This document shows positions 55,658 to 63,785 of a DNA stretch of 64,000 nucleotides, piece by piece. The DNA comes from a virus (Duplodnaviria > Heunggongvirae > Uroviricota > Caudoviricetes). The notes under the pieces were generated by a model, which saw only the letters and a program-made list of their open reading frames with translations, ran no database searches and was not told the origin of the DNA. Position 1 is the stretch's first letter, and the number at the start of each line of letters is the position of its first letter. Both the position numbers and the translations under genes were made by a program. The stretch lies in IMG/VR virus record IMGVR_UViG_3300045996_000852, positions 1 to 64,000 of that record; one strand, given 5' to 3'.

Positions 55658-57925
55658 TTATTTTATTCTATCTACTATAGAACATGCACCACCTGCACAA
55701 GCTGTAGCTGCATAATCAGATACATCTTTATAAGCTGGTTCCGTAAGGATTTTTGAAAGGTCTACAGGCTTAAACTGCTTACTGATTGTTTCCCACTTAT
55801 GAAGAATATGTACATCCTTCAGACAGGAGATCATCCTGCTTATATCACCTTTGAAGTAGTTCTTAGCGAACTTCTTAGCTCTACTAATCCAATACTTCAT
55901 CAAGAGAGTCTGCTCTTTTGTACCTACCAGAGGTACATTTTTATTCTGTACAGAATCACAGGCTTTCCAGAGGTTTTCTCCAAAGTAGTGTAAGCCATCT
56001 ACAATCAATCCAGCAGCAAACATAGCACCTACTCCATATTTCTGAACTATATCTTCCATAGGAACTAGTTCAGTCAAAGGAGCTTGATTCCACCCTCTAC
56101 TACCTGTATTTTGTAGAAAACTTATAGCAGTAAAATCTTCCTTATTTTCCCATATAAAATTAATCATTTCGGTCTTATCACCTTCAAAATTAACTGTACA
56201 AGAAACATTATGGTTGATTCCTTTATATGCACATAAGTCTTCATTAGTACCCGGGAGTACCCAATTCTCCTGAACTAACTTAATGTATTCCAAGTGCTTA
56301 ACTCCAAGAATGTCATTCTTCAGGATAGCATTCTTTGGAGTTTCAATAGGGACATAGATAACATAGTCTGTCTTATTGTCGGAGTGTACACTTTCCTCTA
56401 TCATAAAAGGCATGTTCTCCACAACAAATTTAGCCACCTCATTCTCCTTATTGATCTGCATGACCCTGAAATACTGCCTTGCTTCCTCAGCAGAGATACC
56501 GCCTACAGTCATAGCAACTACACTGGAATTACCTCCCGGCTTAACACAAGTAGTCCTTGCAGCAGGATTAATACCAATAATAGCAGCTACTTCCTTGTTT
56601 GTAGCTTTCACAATCTCAGCACCCTTCCTTAACCATTCAGCATTGAACAGTTTAGGATTATTCATCCAACCAATGATAGAAATACCCAACAGAGCTTCCC
56701 TTTCAAAGATTTTCTCAGTGGTTTCACCTAAGTATGGGAACTTGGTATAACCTGCCTGAAGAGTACCGAGAATGGCAGCATCCCTACAAAATCTCAGGAA
56801 CTTTTCTAAAGTAGTACACTTTTCAGCAACTATTTCATTGAGGTTACATCCTTGAACTCCAAATAAATGTTCATTAGCCTTCACAAACGCCTCAATATCA
56901 TCATAATGAATCTTACTGAGATCACCCTTGTAAAGTACAGGTAACTTGGAAATCTCATAACATGGATTGAACATATCAAACCAAGAGTTTGCAAGTACAA
57001 ATCCAATATCACTAATTCCCTCATTCAAACGAACTATCCTTTCAAATTCCTCTTTGGTAGTAAGACTACGTAATAAAAGCACACTGTTATTGGTCCTCTC
57101 CCTCTGCTTATTGGTAATATACCAATCACCAGTTTTGGACATAATCATTTCTTCATCATTAGGGTCAACGATAAAGTTCAATGCAGCCCTTCTTACTCCA
57201 CCTGACAATACAGCATTTGATGCATGACAAATAATGTCACCTACAATAATAGGTCTCAATTCATTACCTTGTGTAACTATCCAATTCTCAATGATTTGCT
57301 CTATTTTCTCAAGAGCACTCTTCAAAGGTTCATGTCCCGGGGCTTTAAATCCACCAGATATAAATGAACCCTTCTCCCTGATTTGAGAATAGTCGAACTT
57401 AACTTCATACCCTGCATATTCAGGGAATGGTTGTTTGTCAACAAAATAGCTACTCATGAGTACACCCAATGAATTAGCCCATCCTTCGATAGAGTCTTCT
57501 ATGACAAATGTTTTAGTGCCAAGAACTCTTTTTTGTACCTTGGAAATATTTTTAACAAATGGAATTAATAATCCTACACCAACACCACAACCGTTGAGTG
57601 CCAAGTAGAATACTTCCTGAAACACACTATTTCTCATAGCATGTGTAGAAGTACAGTTGTACATCCTAAGATTACTTCTCTTAATCTGAGGATAACGATA
57701 CTGTAGATTCCTTTGGGAAGCCATAATTCCCATTTCCTTTAAAGATTCAAGTGCTGATTCAAGGTAAGGCTCAAGTTCTGGAATATTATCATACTTCTTC
57801 CTGTGACCGTTGATAATGTCCTCACATGCTTCCTCATAGGTTTCATAACGCCTTTCCTGTGGTCTCCATTTCAGATAGTCCGAATGAAGCTTCAAATCCG
57901 ATAAAAATTTTCTTCCTTTGCTCAT
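55658..57925 (-). CDS. Ribonucleotide reductase catalytic subunit (class I alpha / class II type, no ATP-cone)
   Basis: Active-site finger loop DMFNPCYEI (the N-x-C-x-E motif shared by class I and II RNRs); C-terminal redox tail TACAGGACSIV (C-x4-C as in E. coli NrdA CESGAC); 755 aa. Confidence 0.65.
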   Translation of the reverse strand: MSKGRKFLSDLKLHSDYLKWRPQERRYETYEEACEDIINGHRKKYDNIPELEPYLESALESLKEMGIMASQRNLQYRYPQIKRSNLRMYNCTSTHAMRNSVFQEVFYLALNGCGVGVGLLIPFVKNISKVQKRVLGTKTFVIEDSIEGWANSLGVLMSSYFVDKQPFPEYAGYEVKFDYSQIREKGSFISGGFKAPGHEPLKSALEKIEQIIENWIVTQGNELRPIIVGDIICHASNAVLSGGVRRAALNFIVDPNDEEMIMSKTGDWYITNKQRERTNNSVLLLRSLTTKEEFERIVRLNEGISDIGFVLANSWFDMFNPCYEISKLPVLYKGDLSKIHYDDIEAFVKANEHLFGVQGCNLNEIVAEKCTTLEKFLRFCRDAAILGTLQAGYTKFPYLGETTEKIFEREALLGISIIGWMNNPKLFNAEWLRKGAEIVKATNKEVAAIIGINPAARTTCVKPGGNSSVVAMTVGGISAEEARQYFRVMQINKENEVAKFVVENMPFMIEESVHSDNKTDYVIYVPIETPKNAILKNDILGVKHLEYIKLVQENWVLPGTNEDLCAYKGINHNVSCTVNFEGDKTEMINFIWENKEDFTAISFLQNTGSRGWNQAPLTELVPMEDIVQKYGVGAMFAAGLIVDGLHYFGENLWKACDSVQNKNVPLVGTKEQTLLMKYWISRAKKFAKNYFKGDISRMISCLKDVHILHKWETISKQFKPVDLSKILTEPAYKDVSDYAATACAGGACSIVDRIK

Positions 57926-57943
57926 ATTTCTTATAGTTTAAAT

Positions 57944-57975
57944 AAATAAAAAAGGGGCTTCAAAGATAGCCCCTC
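57944..57975 (-). terminator. Rho-independent terminator (- strand) between the 58036 gene and the RNR gene
   Basis: On the - strand: stem aggggct/agcccct, loop atctttga, then TTTTTTATTT. Confidence 0.55.
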
Positions 57976-58035
57976 ATGGTTTAATAAGATAATAAATTTG
58001 GAAGAATTTTCAAAATTAACCTTTACGGTTACTTA

Positions 58036-58470
58036 CTATCCCTTGTTATTTTCATTATACTCATGCCAAGGGTCTTGCTCTTCTTCCTTTCTGTTACATT
58101 CTTTATTTGGGTCAAGAAATCTATTATCCATATCTGGACGAAACTGCATCATATAAGAAAGGAACATAAGATTACATTGCATATGACCAATGTGAGGTAG
58201 TCCACTTTCAGGGTCTATATTCTCACCTCTCATAAATGCATTGATATGTCTTTGTAAGCTCTCTACAATTTCTGTAGTTTTCAATCCATTCTTCCAGTTA
58301 TGTGCTGCATATTTTTTAGCACCGAATTCAAGGACTCTTACCATAGGTTCAAAAGTATCCAAGTCTACAAGAGACCATTTCAGTTTACCATCATTAAACC
58401 TATCACCTTGGATAACTGTCTTGGAGTTTCCATTTATGCCCTCATTGCTTGATTTTTCAATTGTATCCAT
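58036..58470 (-). CDS. Hypothetical protein, 144 aa (nucleotide-metabolism neighbourhood)
   Basis: ORF; conserved-looking FGAKKYAAHNWKNG segment. Family not recognised with confidence. Confidence 0.45.
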   Translation of the reverse strand: MDTIEKSSNEGINGNSKTVIQGDRFNDGKLKWSLVDLDTFEPMVRVLEFGAKKYAAHNWKNGLKTTEIVESLQRHINAFMRGENIDPESGLPHIGHMQCNLMFLSYMMQFRPDMDNRFLDPNKECNRKEEEQDPWHEYNENNKG

Positions 58471-58976
58471 TCTTCTAAAATTGGTTTTACTTGTTTTAAA
58501 TTATTAGTTACATACGGTCCTACTGATTCAAATCCTGCATAATGATTAATGAAGTGTATTCCTACAATCTCTGTTTCTTGTAACAGCTTAATCATGGCTG
58601 GTTTATCGTCTACAAGATGGGTAACCCCTCTTTCTCTCATTACTTTCAATTTATCTGAAGTTGCAAATAATGGAGCATCAGGAAATCCATGTTGCTTTAA
58701 CCAATCAAGTCTCAACTGGAACATATCTGGTGGGAATGAACTAATGTAGCAATCAACTTCAAAATCTATATCTGAAGCTGGATTAAGTACAGGTAAAGTT
58801 TTCCAGAAGTTTTCCACAGGAGCAATCTTTTCCAAGAACCAATATGGTCCTAGTCTTTCATGCATTGTTCTTTCACACCAATAATCACATTTTCCCATAG
58901 GTACTCCGTGAAAATCGTGTGCATGGGGAGTGAATGCTGCAAGTACATCATCCACATCGAGGGCTACTTTATACAT
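58434..58976 (-). CDS. HAD-superfamily 5'(3')-deoxyribonucleotidase-like (NT5C family)
   Basis: N-terminal KVALDVDDVLAAF matches HAD motif I (DxDxV) in the NT5C-type context (compare VDMDGVLADF). Confidence 0.55.
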   Translation of the reverse strand: MYKVALDVDDVLAAFTPHAHDFHGVPMGKCDYWCERTMHERLGPYWFLEKIAPVENFWKTLPVLNPASDIDFEVDCYISSFPPDMFQLRLDWLKQHGFPDAPLFATSDKLKVMRERGVTHLVDDKPAMIKLLQETEIVGIHFINHYAGFESVGPYVTNNLKQVKPILEEWIQLKNQAMRA

Positions 58977-59111
58977 TGTATTCTACTTTTACTTTGGGTA
59001 CAAGAACCTGTACCCCATTTAGAAATATAGTTTCATATCCTATTTCAAAGGACTTAATAGCCCAAGGATAGCTCTGAATTTCTGATATAATTCTACGGAT
59101 TTCTTTTTCCA

Positions 59112-59576
59112 TTATCCTTTTATTTGACAGTTAATATTAAATACCTCTTGGGTATCAAGTGCCATATTTGCAATAAACGTCAGGTTAGGAACGTGATTGA
59201 AAAAGTAAATATCCCTTGCTCCAATAATTAAAGGCTTCTCTGATTCCTTCTGTTCAAAACTGAACAGTTTATTAGAAAAAGCCTTGAACAAGTGAATTTT
59301 ACTATCATTACCTTCCATAGTAGCAAACTGTTCCCATTCATCGGGAGTTGTTACTATTCCTGTTTCTTCCCTAAATTCTCTAACCATAGCAACTAGAGGA
59401 TAGGATATTTGAAGTTGTTCAGCTATTTCTTTATCAGCTAAATCAATCTTTCCACCAATACCGTTAACCCTTCCAGCTTGCCACTCTGGTCTATCTTTTT
59501 GAATAAGTAGGACTTTCTTCCGATCTTCGGAGAACATAAACCCACATGTATATTCAAATGGTGCATTTTTCATCAT
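59112..59576 (-). CDS. Nudix hydrolase
   Basis: Nudix box GGKIDLADKEIAEQLQISYPLVAMVREFREETGI (Gx5Ex7REUxEExGU). Confidence 0.7.
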   Translation of the reverse strand: MMKNAPFEYTCGFMFSEDRKKVLLIQKDRPEWQAGRVNGIGGKIDLADKEIAEQLQISYPLVAMVREFREETGIVTTPDEWEQFATMEGNDSKIHLFKAFSNKLFSFEQKESEKPLIIGARDIYFFNHVPNLTFIANMALDTQEVFNINCQIKG

Positions 59577-59588
59577 GATATTTTTATT

Positions 59589-59804
59589 TTAATATTCTGT
59601 GGTTTCCCCACATCTTGTACATGTGGAAACAATGAAAGAGTATACAAAGTCATGTCCCTGTATCTTACATATTCCAGCACCTTCTTCCATTCTTTTACGT
59701 TCCCTTTCAATTCTTTCTAAATCTTCTTTAGTGGGTGTCTTTGGTTTACATTCACACGCATATCTAGGGTTACCACATTCACTACATGGGTCATTCCAAC
59801 TCAT
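59589..59804 (-). CDS. Small zinc-ribbon protein, 71 aa
   Basis: CSECG...CEC...CTRCG: at least two CxxC pairs. Confidence 0.45.
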   Translation of the reverse strand: MSWNDPCSECGNPRYACECKPKTPTKEDLERIERERKRMEEGAGICKIQGHDFVYSFIVSTCTRCGETTEY

Positions 59805-59809
59805 AGTAA

Positions 59810-60709
59810 TTACTTAAAAATGTCTTCAAAATTGTTTACTTCAAATCCGGCAGCATTCTTATGTCCACCACCACCTCTTGCTTTTGCAATTAATGAACAA
59901 TCTACTTTAGTTCCAATACTTCTCAAAGATACTGTCCATTTTTTACCTGTGTATTCAAATCCAATCATGATGTCATGTTTAGAATCATTATATATAGATT
60001 TCATAGTTTCAGAAGAGAAAGCTCTTGCATTCAAGCAGAGTCCTTTAAGTCCACCAAATACTTCAGTTTCAAAAGCACTCCTTTGACAAGCTAACATGTC
60101 CTGTTGTTCTTGATATTTAACTATCAATCTTCCAGCTATTATCCCTTCATGTGCTTCCTTCCAACTTATAGGTTCAAGCATTGATACGGGAAATGTCTCA
60201 GCAGAAGTACAAATAGTTCTCATATAGAACTGGAAAGGTAGAATGTCACTATTCCATTCTGGTGTACCATTTCCTCTCCAAGTATCGTATTTACCTAAGA
60301 GTGTTATTGCTTCTGGTCTTTTTTCACCCGGGAATAGGAAATCCCAACCAATTTCACAAGCTGCAATCCCTAGTTCATATATGTACTTAAGGTTGCCATC
60401 AGTATATATTACATCTTTTGTTTCCTCAGCAAGTTCTTCCTCAAGTTGATAGAACTTCCTTAAGTCCTTGAAGAATGAAATATGATGGTCAATAACTGTT
60501 AAACTCTTTGCTAATTTCCTGAGTTCATCAATTCTCTGGATAGGGAACGTAATGTCAATCATTATGACATCCTCATCTATAAATTGGTCAAAATCAGGAA
60601 TAGGTTCCGCATAATCCCAACCAATAAGTTTGGCATCAGGGTATTTTAATTTACATATTGCTCCACTACTAAATCCGTCTAAATCTTTGTTGTGATGTAT
60701 TACTATCAT
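59810..60709 (-). CDS. DHH-DHHA1 phosphoesterase (NrnA/RecJ-like core)
   Basis: IVIHHNKDLDGFSS (motif I/II), TVIDHHISF (DHH motif III), ARGGGGHKNAAGF (the DHHA1 GGGH motif). Confidence 0.7.
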   Translation of the reverse strand: MIVIHHNKDLDGFSSGAICKLKYPDAKLIGWDYAEPIPDFDQFIDEDVIMIDITFPIQRIDELRKLAKSLTVIDHHISFFKDLRKFYQLEEELAEETKDVIYTDGNLKYIYELGIAACEIGWDFLFPGEKRPEAITLLGKYDTWRGNGTPEWNSDILPFQFYMRTICTSAETFPVSMLEPISWKEAHEGIIAGRLIVKYQEQQDMLACQRSAFETEVFGGLKGLCLNARAFSSETMKSIYNDSKHDIMIGFEYTGKKWTVSLRSIGTKVDCSLIAKARGGGGHKNAAGFEVNNFEDIFK

Positions 60710-60728
60710 TTGTTTTTAAATTTAAGTG

Positions 60729-61112
60729 TTAATCAAGTTTATCCCATCCTTTTTCAATACCTCGTTCAAGAATTTCAATAAGGTCTTCACAAACTCCCTC
60801 ATTTTGCTCTAGGACTCCACGAAGGTCTCCTAAATTATCAATGTTTTCTTTTGTAAGTATCCTATCCCTGAAATTTCTAAGAGCCACAAGTAAATCTCCA
60901 AAGAGAAATCTAACGGCATCCCAAGATATTTCTACACCAAAATCCTTAATCTCAAGACTTGGCATATAATAACAGTTCTTTTTCAAATCATAACCTGCAC
61001 TGAGTTTTATTGTATCGTTATGATTGGCTACTGTCGTGTATTCCATTCCGTTTATCATATGTTTAATTTTTTCTTGCAGGAGCACCATGATCTTCCATAC
61101 AATGTACTGCAA
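60729..61112 (-). CDS. Hypothetical protein, 127 aa
   Basis: ORF; no motif recognised. Confidence 0.4.
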   Translation of the reverse strand: MQYIVWKIMVLLQEKIKHMINGMEYTTVANHNDTIKLSAGYDLKKNCYYMPSLEIKDFGVEISWDAVRFLFGDLLVALRNFRDRILTKENIDNLGDLRGVLEQNEGVCEDLIEILERGIEKGWDKLD

Positions 61113-61317
61113 TACCTGCTATTTTTCTCATAATATCTAAAGCAACATCATTACCTGCATTTGTAGTCCAAGCTTCTACAAGTTTTGCTTGATAATATTG
61201 AAGCATGGTAATATAATCCCCAACACTCTTGTTACTCCCATCTGTTCTGTTAGATGGTAAACCATCTTGATAGTCTCTTTCACCATCAATCAGTTGATAT
61301 ACTTGTTCTCTTTCCAT
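61063..61317 (-). CDS. Hypothetical protein, 84 aa
   Basis: ORF overlapping both neighbours; no motif recognised. Confidence 0.35.
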   Translation of the reverse strand: MEREQVYQLIDGERDYQDGLPSNRTDGSNKSVGDYITMLQYYQAKLVEAWTTNAGNDVALDIMRKIAGIAVHCMEDHGAPARKN

Positions 61318-61663
61318 CTTCTAATTTTTTAATTTTTAATACTTTGTCTACCAAATATCCAAGGTGATAAGCAGTTATTTCCTCTTCTGGTTTAGCCCCA
61401 ATCCATTTCCACATTCTTCGGATAGCATGATAACATTCATGAGTAATAGTTCCTATACTTGATTCAGGTGTAAAGAAGATACAACAATCTGGTTTCCTCT
61501 TGTGATAGGAATGTAATCCATCACAATAAGTTGTTAATGGTTCTTCAACTGCACCTACGATATGGGAAATACCCTCCCTGTCTTCAGGTATATTGTCTGT
61601 ATAACAAACGTATACAGTGTACCCAAATACAGGGAAGTGTACTTCTGGTAATTTTCCTGTCAT
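61286..61663 (-). CDS. Small HExxH-motif protein, 125 aa (possible mini zinc metalloprotease, SprT/ImmA-like)
   Basis: ITHECYHAIRRM contains an HExxH motif; upstream Cys/His-rich region (CDGLHSYHKRKPDCC). Confidence 0.35.
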   Translation of the reverse strand: MTGKLPEVHFPVFGYTVYVCYTDNIPEDREGISHIVGAVEEPLTTYCDGLHSYHKRKPDCCIFFTPESSIGTITHECYHAIRRMWKWIGAKPEEEITAYHLGYLVDKVLKIKKLEDGKRTSISTD

Positions 61664-62970
61664 TTTATTAATCCTGTTGAAAGTTCTGCTTTAATTATTG
61701 GATGTGGGTTATATTCCTGAACCATGAAATCACCATAATCAAGATGATTGAATTGGCTTATATCAAATTCATTCCAAAAAGCATCTGTTTTCATGTGTAC
61801 AAGTTTAGGTAATTCCCTTGGTATTCTTATAAGTTGCTCATTTACAGCATCCATATGATTTTCATAGATATGAACATCACCAAAAGTATGAATAAATTCA
61901 CCCGGAATCATGTTACAAATCTTTGCAAATATATGAGTTAGTAAACTATAAGAAGCTATATTATAAGGAACTCCAAGGAATACATCTGCTGACCTCTGAT
62001 AAAGCTGACAATCCAGATAGTATTTAGGAGCATTTTCAAACTCCTTCTTATCTACTGCATATTTTGCTTGCATTCCAACAGATTCATGAATTTCAACTCC
62101 TTCTGGAATAGTTTCCCAAGATATTTTAACAGCTTTCCCATTTTTTACTAGCCATTGTAATTGTTCATTTGGTGTAATAGGTCTACAGTTAAATTGAGCA
62201 AGAGCATGACACCAGTATAGAGCTAAATCATTCTCATGAGCAGGGTCTATAGCTGTAAGGATATGTCTCCTACTTTCTGGATTCTTCTTAAGACCATTGA
62301 TTATGTTAGCTATCTGGTCAATCTTTGTAGTGCTTCTGAGAACTTCCCTGTTGAATATCATTTCTACACTACCTGTACTGTAGAATTCCATATCATCATT
62401 AGTAGCTGCCAGTACAAAGTTTTTACCTGATAAATTCATTGGTCCTTCCCAACCTCTCCATACTCTACCATATTGAAATCCACAATCACCCAAAGTATAA
62501 CCTCTCCAAACAGGAAAAGTACCTTTATTATACTTTTTAATAACTTCTACAAATTCATCAAATGTCAACATTCTGAGTGTTCCATCAGTGTTGTCAAAAA
62601 GAATATCATTTTGAGAAATATCATTAGTATTTATAGATGCGAACTTCTTATAATAATTATAAGCATCCTCATTCCAGATGTTACAACCATTATCTACCAG
62701 ATATTTGATATTAGTATCTCCACGTAAGAACCATAGTAATTCAGTTACTATATTCTTCATAGATAACTTCTTGGTAGTCAATAAAGGAAAACCTTCTGAA
62801 AGGTCATGTCTTATTTGAGCACCGAATAAGCTAATAGTTCCCGGCATATTAGCTCTTGCTGCTGGTTTTAATGTCCCTTCATCCTTAATCTTCTGAAGGA
62901 GTTGTTGATATTTCTTGTCCATAAATTTCAATGATTTTCTTTTGTAAAACATTTTTAGGTCTACTTCCAT
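61660..62970 (-). CDS. thyA: Thymidylate synthase (ThyA) family enzyme with atypical WCH active-site motif and large insertions
   Basis: Collinear with E. coli ThyA. MDKKYQQLLQKIKDEGT matches MKQYLELMQKVLDEGT, so the true start is probably Met17 at ~62922. Other matches: GFPLLTTKKL, ELLWFLRGDTN, GRVWRGW, RRHILTAIDP, LALYWCHALAQF (E. coli ALAPCHAFFQF), QRSADVFLGVPYNIASYSLLTH, GDVHIYENHMD, HPIIKA. Two insertions of ~60 and ~35 aa. Confidence 0.75.
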   Translation of the reverse strand: MEVDLKMFYKRKSLKFMDKKYQQLLQKIKDEGTLKPAARANMPGTISLFGAQIRHDLSEGFPLLTTKKLSMKNIVTELLWFLRGDTNIKYLVDNGCNIWNEDAYNYYKKFASINTNDISQNDILFDNTDGTLRMLTFDEFVEVIKKYNKGTFPVWRGYTLGDCGFQYGRVWRGWEGPMNLSGKNFVLAATNDDMEFYSTGSVEMIFNREVLRSTTKIDQIANIINGLKKNPESRRHILTAIDPAHENDLALYWCHALAQFNCRPITPNEQLQWLVKNGKAVKISWETIPEGVEIHESVGMQAKYAVDKKEFENAPKYYLDCQLYQRSADVFLGVPYNIASYSLLTHIFAKICNMIPGEFIHTFGDVHIYENHMDAVNEQLIRIPRELPKLVHMKTDAFWNEFDISQFNHLDYGDFMVQEYNPHPIIKAELSTGLIK

Positions 62971-63181
62971 TGATCTTTTCTACAAGATCGCCATCTTTTA
63001 AAAAGATAAGAGCAGGGATGCTGGTAATACCGTATTTCATTGTTAACTCTGCTTCGGTATCCACATCATATTCTTTGATTTCAACCAAATCTTTAAATTC
63101 TTCCTGTAATTCTTTAATAACTGGTTTAAGTGCTCTACATGGTCCACACCATTCTGCTCCGAACTTTAAAATTTCATTCAT
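62885..63181 (-). CDS. trxA: Thioredoxin
   Basis: WCGPC active site (FGAEWCGPCRALKP), ~100 aa thioredoxin-fold length. Confidence 0.8.
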   Translation of the reverse strand: MNEILKFGAEWCGPCRALKPVIKELQEEFKDLVEIKEYDVDTEAELTMKYGITSIPALIFLKDGDLVEKINGSRPKNVLQKKIIEIYGQEISTTPSED

Positions 63182-63785
63182 CTTTCTTTTTATTATTTGG
63201 GTTATAAATTCCGTCTTTAAATCCGTATTTTGTCCAATGCTTTTTATACCTCTCTATGGTAGGAGTAGGGTCGTATTCTTGTCCATTCAATTTTGCCTTT
63301 ACAGCCTCAGAGATAATCCCACTAAGGTCATCACCCATGAAAATATCTCTTTCATTGAACCACTGAATCAATGGTGGTTTATCTGTAGGGTCTTTATCGA
63401 ATCTTTTATTATTATCATTCCACCATAGATTATACTTATTTCTTATACCTGTTCCTGCTCCATGATGAGGAATCCCTTTCTCTTTTACAAAGCCTTCAGC
63501 ATTCTGCTGTTTAATCTCAAAGATTATAATATCTACAATATCATTCAAACTCTGAGGCTCAGTCTTGAATAATTCCAAGAATTGTTTCTTAGTCCTTACC
63601 CATATTTTTCCCTCTGGATTGTCATATTCACATTGATAAATAATAACAGGTGTCCATTCTTCACCAATATCATAATTATCAACCCATATGAAATTACCTT
63701 CTATTATACCAATAGTCTTTAGTTTGCTTTCAGATATTATAGAGTATGGCTTACCTTTGAAGTAATAGATTGTTTTGTCTGTCAT
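63174..63785 (-). CDS. Hypothetical protein, 203 aa, co-oriented upstream of trx and thyA
   Basis: ORF; overlaps the trx start by 8 nt; no motif recognised. Confidence 0.45.
   Translation of the reverse strand: MTDKTIYYFKGKPYSIISESKLKTIGIIEGNFIWVDNYDIGEEWTPVIIYQCEYDNPEGKIWVRTKKQFLELFKTEPQSLNDIVDIIIFEIKQQNAEGFVKEKGIPHHGAGTGIRNKYNLWWNDNNKRFDKDPTDKPPLIQWFNERDIFMGDDLSGIISEAVKAKLNGQEYDPTPTIERYKKHWTKYGFKDGIYNPNNKKKDE

Noticed and set aside
55799-57227. + strand ORFs (64-124 aa) inside the - strand RNR gene, and similar ones inside thyA and the DHH gene
   Set aside because: Antisense to strongly supported enzyme genes; no signals; spurious.
58036-58470. Assigning the 144-aa protein to a specific NTP-pyrophosphatase or dUTPase family
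   Set aside because: It lacks the dUTPase motifs and the MazG EExxE pattern. The FGAKKYAAHNWKNG segment feels familiar, but I cannot place it without a search, so it is left as hypothetical.
58977-59111. Hairpin gggtaca-agaacc-tgtaccc as a terminator between the Nudix and 5'-nucleotidase genes
   Set aside because: No U-run follows on either strand. It more likely sits within a promoter region, near a TATATTTC box on the - strand, than acts as a terminator.
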